Shown here one piece after another: positions 25,661-37,800 of a stretch of 64,000 nucleotides of DNA. This stretch comes from Phaeosaccion multiseriatum (lineage: Eukaryota; Protista; Ochrophyta, other classes), in NCBI GenBank assembly GCA_965112735.1, contig OZ218961.1:2542001-2606000 (forward strand), written 5' to 3'. Every line of letters starts with the position of its first letter. Position 1 is the stretch's first letter. The position numbers were made by a program, and so were the translations under genes. Below the pieces are notes generated by a model. It saw nothing but the letters and a program-made list of their open reading frames with translations. It did not search any database and was not told the DNA's origin.

Positions 25661-28600
25661 ATGGCTGCAGCTCAGCGCGCTCTGCCTGAGGGCCAATACA
25701 CATCGGTGGTGTATACCAGCATCAAAGAGGGAAACTATGCCGACGCCATTCAGATCCTGAGCTTGGAGCTGCAGGTGCGTGAGGCGCGGGGGCGGTGCAC
25801 TTCCTTTTTTTGTCTCCGTGATGTGCTCTTCTGCTGCTTTGGGCCGAGGGCAGATGAGAGGGAGGGCGGTGTCTGAGGGAGGTGTCACGTACGTTTACTT
25901 TCTTAGGAGAGGCGTGCACCTCGGTCGAAGAGAAGGGGCTGCAATCACCACCGTTTCATGGGTGGGTTTTCTTCTTCCCTCCCCGCCGTGCCTCTTTGGT
26001 CGGTCTCTGCATAACCATCTCTCTCCCTGCCTGCCTCCCTCCCTCCATCATATTCAACCCAATCCAAACATCATCCCCATCACCACCACTACCACCACTA
26101 CCACCACCACCACCACTACCACCACCACCACCACCACATCACCACCACCACTACAACACCCGTAGAACTTCCCCCGCAGCCGCGCCGCGCTCTCCCTCCT
26201 GGGCTACTGCTACTACCAGCTGCAAGACTACAAGAGCTCAGCCGTCATGTATGAGCAACTCGTCAAGGTGTTCCCTACCGTTACAGAATACCAAGTGTAC
26301 CTGGCGCAGGCTCTGTACAAGGCGGCCATGTATCCAGAGGCAACAAGGGCGTGTGTAAGGTATGCGCGTGTCTGTGGGTGCGATATACATGCTGCTATCT
26401 GTTAATCAACCAACCAACCACCTCTCTGTGTCTGTCTCTCTCTCTTTCTAACCCACCAATCAATCAACCAACCAATCCCACCTGTCTGTCTCTCTCCCTC
26501 TTTCCTTCCCTCCCCCCCTCCCTCCTTCCTTCCCTCCCTCCCTCCCTCCCTCCATCCATCCATCCATCCATCCATCCCTCCCTCTGTCCCTCCCTCCCTC
26601 CCTCCCTCCTTCCCCCCACCCCCACTTCCTCCTCTCCCCTCCCCTTCCCTCTCCTTCACTGCAGACTGGACTCCCCTCAGTACACTCAGCGCATGACCAT
26701 GCTGCAGAGCGCAATCAAGTACGAACAGGTACAGTACAATATAGTGCAGTGTAGTGCAGTGCAGGGCAGTACAGTACAGCAAAGCAAAGCACCACACTGC
26801 TACCTCACAGCTAGCTGGTACCGTATTGTTGTATTTGACCTTTCTTTAGTCTTCTATCACCAGAAACAAACCCACTGCCAACCAATCCCTTCAAGCTTTT
26901 ATGCTTCGGCTTTCTCCGTCATTCAGAACCGCACCGCCACCTTACTCCAGCGTAAGAATTGGGCTTCTATAATTGATTGATTGGTTGATTGATTCATTGA
27001 CTTACATGCATTTATACACCATCACCTGAAAACCCAACTGCCGCTGCCCTTGTACATCACGATATACATCACGACGTACATCACGATATATCAGGATGAG
27101 CTTCCTGCCTGCAAGACGCTCTTGGACCAATGCATTGCCGACGATCCCGACGTGCTTATCAACAACGCGGCCATCTCCTTCAAGGAGGGCAACTACGAAG
27201 AGGCCAGAGAAAAGTATCAGGACGCTATGAACACGCTTGGGTATCAGGTGAGGACGGGGAGGGAGACCCACTCACCCACCCCACTTCCATCCACTTCCAT
27301 CCACTGCCATCCACTGCCATCCACTGCCATCCACCCACTCACTCACACACCCACTCACGCACCTACCTACCCATGTCTTGCCTATTGTGTCCGGCTCCAC
27401 AGGCGGATTTGACATACAACATCGCGTTATGCCACTTCAAGCAGCAGCAGAACAGCCTAGCGCTCAAGCAGATTGCAGAGATCATTGAGAGAGGCGTGAG
27501 AGAGCATCCCGAGCTATCGGTGGGCAGGTGAGTAGGGAAGAGGGGGAGGGCAATTCTTCCCCGCTCTCGATGATCGTTCCTTGGTTCCATCCTTCCTTCC
27601 TTCCTTCCTTCCTTCCTTCCCACCCTCCCTCCCTCCCTCCCTCCCTCCCTCCTTCCTTGCTTCCTTCCTTCCTTCCTTCCTTCCTTCCTTCCTTCCTTCC
27701 TTGCTTGCTTCTTTCCCTGTCTTACCATCCATTACCATCCACCACCCTTTGCAGCAATACGGACGGGATTGAGGTGCGCAGTGTGGGAAACTCGCCCATT
27801 CTACAGGAAACGTGTCTCATTGAGGCGTTCAATCTCAAGGCTGCTATAGGTGAGGGGGGAGAGGAAGCAGTCAGTAAGTCAGTAAGCCCCTTGGACCTTG
27901 GGGGGAGAGAGAGAGGAGAGGAAGCAGTCAGTAAGTCAGTAAGCCCCTTGGACCTTGGGGGGAAAGAGAGGAGAGGAAGTAGTCAGTAAGTCAGTAAGCC
28001 CCTTGAACCTTGGGAGGAGAGAGAGAGGAGAGGAAGTAGTCAGTAAGTCAGTAAGCCCCTTGGACCTTGGGGGGGGAGAGAGAGGAGAGGAAGCAGTCAG
28101 TAAGTCAGTAAGCCCCTTGAACCTTGGGGGGAGAGAGAGAGGAGAGGAAGCAGTCAGTAAGTCAGTAAGCCCCTTGAACCTTGGGGGGAGAGAGAGAGGA
28201 GAGGAAGGAGTCAGTAAGTCAGTAAGCCCCTTGAACCTTGGAGGGAGAGAGAGAGGAGAGGAAGCAGTCAGTAAGTCAGTAAGCCCCTTGGACCTTGGGG
28301 GGAGAGAGAGAGGAGAGGAAGTAGTCAGTAAGTCAGTAAGCCCCTTGGACCTTGGGGGGAGAGAGAGAGGAGAGGAAGTAGTCAGTAAGTCAGTAAGCCC
28401 CTTGGACCTTGGGGGGAGAGAGAGAGGAGAGGAAGGAGTCAGTAAGTCAGTAAGCCCCTTGGACCTTGGAGGGAGAGAGAGAGGAGAGGAAGCAGTCAGT
28501 AAGTCAGTAAGCCCCTTGGACCTTGGGGGGAGAGAGAGAGGAGAGGAAGGAGTCAGTAAGTCAGTAAGCCCCTTGAACCTTGGAGAGAGAGAAAGAAGAG

Positions 28601-31600
28601 GGAGGGAGCGAGGCGTGATGTGAACTTGTACAATGTATGTGCTGACGAAAAGTACACACATACACACACGCACACACACTCACACACACACAAATGCAAA
28701 CACACGAACACACAAATACAAACACACAAACACAAACGTACACACGTACACACACATACAAACACACACAAACACACACGTACACAACCATACAAACAAA
28801 CACACACACAAACACACACGTACACAACCATACAAACAAACACACACACAAACACACACGTACACAACCATACAAACAAACACACACAAACACACACGTA
28901 CACAACCATACAAACAAACACACACACAAACAAACACACACATACAAACACACACACAAACACACACGTACACAAACACACACGTACACACACATACAAA
29001 CACAAACACACACACAAACACACACGTACACACACATACAAACAAACACATGCACACCCCACACCACCTCATCGCAGAGTTTGTAGAGAAGAACAAGGAT
29101 GCCGCAACGGAGGCTCTGAGCGACATGCCCCCCCGGGGAGAGGAGGAGCTCGACCCAGTGACACTGCACAATCAGGCCCTGCTCAACATGGAGGTTAGTG
29201 TCGACAATTCGTCGTTTTGTAACTGTCAACTCTTATTGTAACTGTGTACTCACCAACTGTTTTTCTCTGACGCGCCTCTCCGCCACACCCCCAAACCCCT
29301 TTTCCACACACACACACACACACACACGCACACACACACACAAACATCAAATTAAAAACAACAGGAAAAGCCGACGGACGGTTTCCGTAAGCTCAACTTC
29401 CTCCTCAGCAACCCCCCATTCCCTCCGGAGACGTTCGGAAACCTCCTCCTCCTCCACTGCAAGTACGAGTACTACGATCTCGCCGCAGATATACTCGCGG
29501 AAAACGCCCATCTCACATTCAAGTTCCTGACCACGGAACTCTATGAGTACTTGGATGCGGCCATCATGGTGCAAACGAGGTGAGTAGTAAGTCAATGGAT
29601 AGGTGGGTGAGTAGTAAGTCAATGGATAGGTGGGTGGGTGGGTGGGAGTCTCGTGTGCTTGCTTTACTTGCTTTGCGTGGTGCCTCCCAAACTACATGAT
29701 ATTAAGGCGTCTATTTCCTTCTCTCTCCCTCTTCCCCTCTCCCTCTCCCTATTCCACTCCCACTCCCTCTTCCTCTTCCTCTGCCTCTCCTTCTCTCTCT
29801 CCCTCTCTCTCCCTCTCTCCCTCTCTCCCTTTCTCTTTCTCTCTCTCTCTCCCTCTCTCTCCCTCTCTCCCTCTCTCCCTTTCCCTCTCTCTTTCTCTCT
29901 CTCTCTTTCTCTCTCCCTCTCTCTCTCCCTCTCTCTCTCTTTCTCTGTCCCTCTCTCGTGCTCTCGCTCTGTCCCTCTCCCTCTCCTTCCCTCTCTCTCT
30001 TGCTCTCTTTCTCTCCAGTCCCGAGGAGGCGTATCGCAAATACGACGAGCTCACTGCGAAACACATTGAGGGCCTGAGGAAACTCACCAAGCAGATCCAG
30101 GACGCACGGCTGGCCAGGGACAACGACGCCATCAAAACCTGCCTGAAGGTCAGGAGAGGATGGAGGGTAGTGTAGGGTAGTGTAGGGTAGGGTAGGGTAG
30201 GGTGGGGTAGGGGAGAAGAGGGGAGGGGAGGGGAGGGGAGGGAAGGGGAGAGGAGAGGAGAGGGGAGGAGGAGGGAAGGCACTGAAACACACAACCTCCG
30301 TTCTCCACTCCACTCCACTCCACTCAACCCCAACGCTTTAATCTCTCGTCCTTCGCCTTTCTTTCTCCTCCCCTACCGTACCTCTCCTTCTCGCCCCCCC
30401 CCAAGCGCTCCCTCCGCTGACTACTTTCAATCAACTGATTGATTGCTTCTTACTTCTAACTGACTGACGTACTGATTGACTGTGTGATTGACTTACTGGA
30501 CTGACTATGTCATTGACTTACTGTGTCATTGACGTACTGTGCAGGAATACGATGAGGCTTTGGAACGTTACATCCCCGTGCTCATGGCCATGGCTCGCAT
30601 CTACTGGGAACGGTACGTGGGGACTGGGGTAGCAGGGGGGGGGGGGAGGAGGGGGGGGACTGCAGAGAGAGGAGAGGGAGGGAGAGGGGACGAGAGGGGG
30701 ACGATACAGAGAGAGAGAGAGAGAAGAGACAGACACACGCACACACAGAGATAGAAAGAGAAGGAGAGGCGGCAGAGAGGGAGGGAGGGAGGGAGGGAGG
30801 GGGAGGTAGAGAGAGGAAGAAAGAGACAGAGAGAGAGAAGAGACAGACGCACGCACACACATAGAAAGAGAAGGAGAGGCGGTAGAGAGAGAGGGAGGGA
30901 GGGAGGGAGGGAGGGAGGGAGGGGGGGGGGAATAGAGAGAGGAAGAAAGAGACAGAGAGAGAGCGAGCGAATGAGAGGGAAGAGACAGGGAGGGGTGCAA
31001 CGGGAAGAAGAGACAGAGAGAGGGGCGCAAAGGGCGGGAGAAGAAGACGAAGATCTTGAACATTTGCCGCCGATTGTTCACGCCCCAATCTTGTATGTCT
31101 GTACTGTGCTCTCTCCTCTCGGAATCCTCTCCATCCTATCCACTGCCATCCCCTCCCCTCCTCCCCTCCATCCATCCACTGCCATCTTCTCCCCTCCTCA
31201 CCTGCCATTGCAGAGAGAACTACCCCATTGTAGAAAAGCTGTTTCGACAGAGCGCGGAGTTCTGTTCGGAGCACGACACGTGGAAGCTCAACGTTGCACA
31301 CGTCTTCTTCATGCAGGTTGGTTGGTTTGGTCCTTTGGTTGGTTGGATGGTTGGATGATTGGTTGGTTGGTTGTTTGGTTGGTTGGTTGGTTGGTTGGTT
31401 GGTTGGTTGGTTGGTTGGTTGGTTGGTTGGTTGGTTGGTTGGTTAGTAGGTAGGTCGGTTGGTTGGTTGGTTGGTTGGTTGGTTGGTTGGTTGGTTGGTT
31501 GGTTGGTTGGTTGGTTGGTTAGTAGGTAGGTCGGTTGGTTGGTTGGTAGGTTGTTTGGTCGGTTGATTGGTTGGTTGGGAAAGCTCTCTCTTCCTTCCTT

Positions 31601-31841
31601 CTCGCTCTCTTTCACCATCTCCTCTGTCTCTCTCTCTCTTTCTCCTCACATCTCGCTCTCCCTCGCTGTGCCCCCTTCACCTTCCTGACCGCCGCCCCAA
31701 CGATCTGAGACTCATTCGCTCTACAATCTACTTCCACAGCTCAGCATACAACCTTCTGATCCTCTGCCGCATCCTCACCCTCACCCTCACCCTCACCCTC
31801 ACCGTCATCATCACCCTCACCCTCACCCTCACCCTCACACT

Positions 31842-31916
<75 letters not shown>

Positions 31917-31926
31917 CCTTACCCTT

Positions 31927-32006
<80 letters not shown>

Positions 32007-34427
32007 CTTCTCACCCTGGCCCTGCCCCAACCAACAGGAGAGCAAGTTCAAGGAGGCAATTCGTTACTACGACCCCGTGGTGCGAAAACAGGCCGACAAC
32101 ATCTTGGACGTGCCTGCCATCGTTCTCGCCAACCTGTGAGTCTCTCCGGCGGGGGTCCGAGGGGGCGAGTGCTGCAATGAATCCACTTACGCGCTTCCTG
32201 TAGTGCTTTGTTGTGCTCTTCGCGGTTTGTGGGCTTCTATGATGCCTCTCTGTGTGTGTCTGTCTCTCTCTCTCCCGCTCTCTTTTCTCTCCCCCCCCCC
32301 CTCTCTCTCCCTCTCTCCCTCTCTCTGTCTTTCTCTCTCTTTCTTTCTCTTCCCCCCCTCCCTCTCTCCCTCTCTCCCTCTCTCCCTCTCTCCCTGTCTG
32401 TCTCTCCCACTTTCTCCCCCCCCCCTCTCTATCGGTGTGTATATGTTTGCTCTTGTCACTCTGTCGCTGAAGAACAAGCACACTCCCCTCAGCAGGCAGT
32501 GCTTCAACGTGCTCTTCCTTATGTTTTGTTGCTGTTGCTATATCACCAACCGTTGCAGCTGCGTGAGCAATATCATGACCTCACAAAACGAAGACGCGGA
32601 GGAGCTCATGCGCAAGATCGAGAGGGAGGAGGACAATCGCAGCGCCGCCACAGGGCAGTACGACACAGAGAAGCAGTGCTTTCACCTCTGTATCGTCAAC
32701 TTGGTGAGGGAGTTGGTGATACAGGAAGGGAGGGAAGGAAGGAAGGAAGGAAGGGAGGGAGGGAGGGACAAAGGAGACTTTATTGACTTAAAGGAATGAA
32801 CCGAAGAGTTACGTATGTGTGTATGAGAGAGGGGCGTGGCGACAGAGAGAGAGTCCATATTTCTGCTGCCTTCCTCTTTCTCTTTCTCTCTCTCTCTGCT
32901 CCGTAAGGCGTTCGTCTGGAGGTTTGCCATGTACATCATTTGCTGTTTTGCCCATTTATCTGACACCAACCGACACGCTCTCCTCCCCTCCCCTCTCCTC
33001 TCCTCCCTCCCTCCCTCCCTCCCTCCCTCCCTCCCTCCCTCCCTCCCTCCCTTCCTCCCTCCCCTCCCTCCCTTCCTCTCCTCCCCTCCTCCCCTCCCTC
33101 TCTTCCCTCCCTTCCTCCCTCCTCCCCCGCCCCCCTCCCTCCCTTCCCTCCACATCGCACCTAAACCCAAACAACAAAACACAAAACTGAAACGAAAACG
33201 ACTTGTACCCACAGGTAATTGGCACTCTGTACTGTGCAAAGGGCAACTTTGAGTTTGGCATCTCTCGCATCATCAAGTCTTTGGAGCCTTACGATAAGAA
33301 GCTTGGTACGGACACTTGGTTCTACGCCAAGCGCTGTGTGCTTGCAATGGCGGAGCAAATGTCCAAGCACATGCTCATGGTCAAGGTCAGTGGGAGGGAG
33401 GGAGGGAGGGAGGGAGGAGGGGAGGAAGGGAGGGAGAGAAGGAGGGAGGGAGGGAGGGAGGGAGGGAGGGAGGGAGGGAGGGAGGGAGGGAGGGAGGGAG
33501 GGAGGGAGGGAGGGAGGGAGGGAGGGAAGGGAGGGAGGGAGGGAGGGAGGGAGGGAGGGAGGGAGGGAGGGAGGGAGGGAGGGAGGGAGGGAGGGAGGGA
33601 GGGAGGGAGGGAGGGGAGGGAGGGAGGGGGAGAGGGAGGGAGGGAGGGAGGGAGGGAGGGAGGGAGGGAGGGAGGGAGGGAGGGAGGGAGGAGGGGAGGA
33701 AGGGAGGGGGAGAAGGAGGGAGGGAGGGAGGGAGGGATGGAGGGAGGGAGGGAGGGAGGGAGGGAGGGAGGAGGGGAGGAAGGGAGGGGGAGAAGGAGGG
33801 AGGGAGGGAGGGAGGGAGGGAGGGAGGGAGGGAGGGAGGGAGGAAGGGAGGGGGAGAACGAGGGAGGGAGGGAGGGAGGGAGGGAGGGAGGGAGGAGGGG
33901 AGGAAGGGAGGGGGAGAAGGAGGGAGGGAGGGAGGGAGGGAGGGAGGGAGGGAGGGAGGGAGGGAGGGAGGGAGGGAGGGAGGGAGCGAGGGAGGGAGGG
34001 AGGAGGGGAGGAAGGGAGGGAGAGAAGGAGGGAGGGAGGGAGGGTGGGAGGCAATCCTCTTCTGTTGCTCCTTGGTCTTCACATGCTGCTGTATCACCAA
34101 CGGCTACTGCTACTGCTGCTGCTGCTGCTGCTGCTGCTTCTACTGGTGCTACTCCACTCCCTCACCTGAAAGAGCAATGAGCATCCGCCCCCATATGCCT
34201 CTAATATCTGACGGTGCCTTGTGCTTGCTGTGCGTGCGTGCGTGCAGGATGCCTCTCTATACGAGGTGATTAACTTCCTCGACGCCGCGGACCAGCACGG
34301 ACAAGACATCCCTACTCAGATTGGGCCAACAGTAGACCCAACTGGTAATGGTGCTCAGACCAAGCCGAGGACGGTGTCGTACGAAGCTCGACAGCTCAAG
34401 AGGATCTTTCTCATGTTCAAAGATTGA
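25661..34427 (+). CDS. IFT70: Intraflagellar transport protein IFT70 / TTC30 / fleer / DYF-1, about 15 exons (first 25661-25774, last ~34247-34427)
   Basis: [17 protein letters not shown]; [13 protein letters not shown]; [11 protein letters not shown]; [11 protein letters not shown]; [20 protein letters not shown]; [13 protein letters not shown]; [12 protein letters not shown]; [47 protein letters not shown]; [10 protein letters not shown]. Confidence 0.96.
27858..28600 (+). repeat. ~57-bp minisatellite x ~13 (GAGGAAGCAGTCAGTAAGTCAGTAAGCCCCTTGGACCTTGGGGGGAGAGAGAGAGGA) in an IFT70 intron
   Basis: Tandem copies read directly; 19-aa periodicity in the ORF track. Confidence 0.93.
28650..29050. 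repeat. CA-rich compound minisatellite in the same IFT70 intron
   Basis: Repeated CACACACGTACACAACCATACAAACAAA units. Confidence 0.85.
31776..32007 (+). repeat. (CTCACC)n hexamer array in an intron
   Basis: Direct reading. Confidence 0.95.
33390..34050. repeat. (GGGA)n array in the last IFT70 intron
   Basis: Direct reading. Confidence 0.95.
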
Positions 34428-34850
34428 GCGTCTGACGGTCTGAGGGGGCAGGCAGATAGGCAGGCAGGCAGGCAGACAGACAGACAGGCAGACAGGCAGG
34501 CAGACACCTCGCGACTAGAGGCGACTCTAGGACGTTTCATGGGTTGCCCGCAGCGACATTCATTCTTTATCTCTTACGTACTACATACATACTACATACG
34601 TATGGTACTTGCGTAGCTACCTCGTAGTACTACTGAATTTCGCTTCCCCTCCCTTCCTCCGATCGATTCTCCTTGACTCTTTTCATGCAAGACTGAGCAA
34701 TACATTGATCCATGATCAGAAGGGCGCGGTGGATGAGGAGTTTAATCAACTTCTATCCAACCTACTGCTCTGTTCACCACCTTCTGCTGCTGCTGCTGCT
34801 GTATCACCAACTGCTGCTGCTCTTACTGCAGCTGCCCCTCGCACTGCTAA

Positions 34851-37800
34851 CTACTGCTGGGAAGGCGCCGCTCTCAGTCCGAAGACACTCAACTCGCTAG
34901 AAATGGCATCAACCAAACCAGCCTGTGCGCCCGCGTCCTCTCTCTGAGGCCTTGTCACACCGAGCGCTGCGGCTGCTGCAGCCGCTGCTGCTGCGGGAGT
35001 CTCCAGCGCCCGAATGTATGTAAGCTGTAGCACGTCGAGCGTGCGGTCATCCCAGGGGTCGATGACACCCCCGTACCAGAGTAGAGCACGCACCAGGCCC
35101 AACTCATCCCCTGCCAGCACACTTGCGACAGTTACGTCTCCTGCTGGTCCTGTATCACCAACTGCTGCTGCTCCTGCTGCGGCTGCTACCGAGACAAGCG
35201 GTGGCGGCTCAAAGTCCTGTACTAACGTCACAAGCTTCTGCAGCGCCGCCGGAGCTCCCCCGGGGGTCCTTGGGGCACGACTCGTATCCTTGCTCCTCAC
35301 CAAATCTAGCCACGCATCTCTATACTCCTCACTCCACTCCTCATCAAAGCCCAAGTAGGTCGCTCGGTGTCGCTGAACCATGGCTGCCCTCTCCTCCCCC
35401 TCCTCCTCCTCCTCCTCCACCACCACCTCCTCCTCCTCCTCCTCCTCCTCCTCCTCCTCCTCCTCCCCCTCCCCCTCCTTCTTGTTCTTGTTCTTCTGCT
35501 TCGTCGCCTGACCACTGATGCCGGGTGGGCTTAGGCACGCTGCCTTGATGACGTCATAACTCGTCAAGATAGTCTCACTCTCCTTCTCCCAAGCGGCCTT
35601 CTCCCCTCCTCGTCGCGCTCTCTCTGCGACTATCCCTCGCACAAGCCGCGTCCGTCTCCGTTGCTTCCCCTTCCCTTCCTCCTCCCCCCCCTCCTCCTCC
35701 TCCTCCCCTCCCCCTTCTGCCGCCAGCATGTCATTCTCGATGGCCTTGAGTCCTCTCTGCATCCTCTCCACCAAAGCAAGACCCTCACCCACTCCCACCC
35801 TGAGCGAAGACTGACCGTGAGTAGCAGACACCCACGCCTTCACCCCGGTCAACAGCACCGACGAGCTCGGCTCCATACCCGCGTCAAGCATCTTTGTAAG
35901 CATACGTGACACCGTCCAGGGAGCCTTGTCTAAGTCAATGGCCAACACAACGGCCTCGAAGGTTTCCGTGGTGGGGTTGAAGCCCGCGTTGAGCATGGAG
36001 GTCATGAGCTTCAAGGCCCCCTTGGGTTTAGGATTGTTAGAGGGGTGGCGGGTTGGAGGCTAATGGTGAGGGTTGGGGATAGGGATGGGATGAGGTGGGG
36101 ATAGAAGCGGGGTTGGGTTGAAGTTGAAGACGGAGTTCAGGAGTGGGTTGAACTCTGAAGTTAGGGGAGTTAGGGGTTGTGGTTGGGGCTAACGGTGAGG
36201 TTTGGGGACAGGGATGGGATGAAGTGAGGATAGAAGCGGGGTTGGGTTAAAATTTGGGTTGAACTCTGAAAAATTAGGAGAGTTAAAGGGTGGGGTTGGC
36301 TTGGGTTGGGGATTGCCTAACCTGTACTCGGCCGAGCTGGCAGGCGGAGAGAATGGCCGCTCGAAAGTTTGCGGAGGAGGGGGAGACCTTGTAGTTTGAG
36401 GCCAGGTCCATGGCATCGGCGCACTGGTAGGAGAAGGAGGTGGGGGGGGGGGGGGGGGAGAGGCAAAAAAAAAGAGGGGGAGAGAGAGGGACAGCATCAA
36501 GTCAGTGGTGGTGAGTGTGTGGGTGTGAGTAGCGTATGGAAGTGTTTTGTTTGTGTGTATGTGCATGTGCATGTATGTATTGCATTGAATTGTGTATCCG
36601 TATTCGGGTGTGTGGGACTTTGGTCACTGGTCACTGATGGGAGAAGTGGGAAGAGCGAGGTGAGAGGGGAGGGAGAAACATAACCCTTCTCTCTATCCCT
36701 CTCTATCCCTCCCCCCCCCGCTCCCTCTCCCTCTCTCCTCTCTCCTTCCTTCCCTCCCATTCTCTCCTCTCTCTCCCACCACTCTCTCCCCACCCCCCTC
36801 TAGTCTCACTCAATGCTTACGTAAGTACAAACGTATCATACCTTGACATACTCTTGGCACTCAAAGTAGGCGCACACGACGGCGCGGAAGACCTCTTCCT
36901 TGCCGCTTGCTTTGAAGGTTTTGCGCACTTTTCGAAACACCTTGTCGATGTCTGAAACATACCCAAGGGCACCGAAGGAGCGAAGCGCTATGCAGACGCT
37001 GAGGAAGGGGGAAAAAGGCAAGGCAGGAAAGAAAACGGTAGGGTGGGGTAGGGTAGGGTAGGGTAGGGTAGGGTAGGGTAGGGTAGGGTAGGGTATAGGG
37101 TAGGGTAGGGTAGGGAAGGGTAGGGTAGGGTTGGGTAGGGTAGGGTAGGGTAGGGTAAGGTAGGGTAAGGTAGGGTAGGGTAGGGTAGGATAGGGTAGGG
37201 TAGGGCAGGGTAAGATAGGGTAGGGTACGGCAGGATAGGGTAGGGTAGGGCAGGGTAAGATAGGGTAGGGTACGGCAGGATAGGGTAGGGTACGGCAGGG
37301 TAGCGTAGGGTAGGGTAGAGGTTATGGTGGGGTAGGATGGGGTAGGGTAGGATAGGATAGGGTAGGGTAGGGGTAGAGCAGGGTAGGGTAGAGCAGGGGA
37401 GAGGTTATGGTGGGGCACGGTAGGGCATGGGAGAGATATAGGAGAAAGCAGCGCAGTGTACAGGAGAGTAGAGAAGAGGAACCGTCGTGGGCAAGGGAGC
37501 GCGCAGAGACCAAACATACGCACCTCCTGCTGGTGCACTTGTCCCCTTCCTCCTCCATGGACGCAAAGAGTGACACCACTTGTGAGTGACGGCCTGCGGA
37601 CTGCGCTTTGGCCATGCGCTCTTCGAATTCCGTCAAGGAAGGGGAAGACGCCATGTCTTCTGTGGGGCTGCTTCCTCCTCTTCCTCCTGCTCCTACTCCT
37701 CCTGCTGCTGCCGCTCCTTGTGGTGGTGATGCCGGTGAGATCTCTCCTCCCAATGCTTGCCCTTGCTGCCCCCCCGCTGCTGCTTCTGTACATCCTTCTG

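Noticed and set aside
27858-28600. Regular ~57-bp repeats as a CRISPR array
   Set aside because: Units are head-to-tail with no unique spacers, lie in a eukaryotic intron, and there are no cas genes.
37038-37395. (TAGGG)n as a telomere
   Set aside because: It is a degenerate pentamer inside a PPR intron with frame-consistent exons on both sides, not a TTAGGG/TTTAGGG terminal array.
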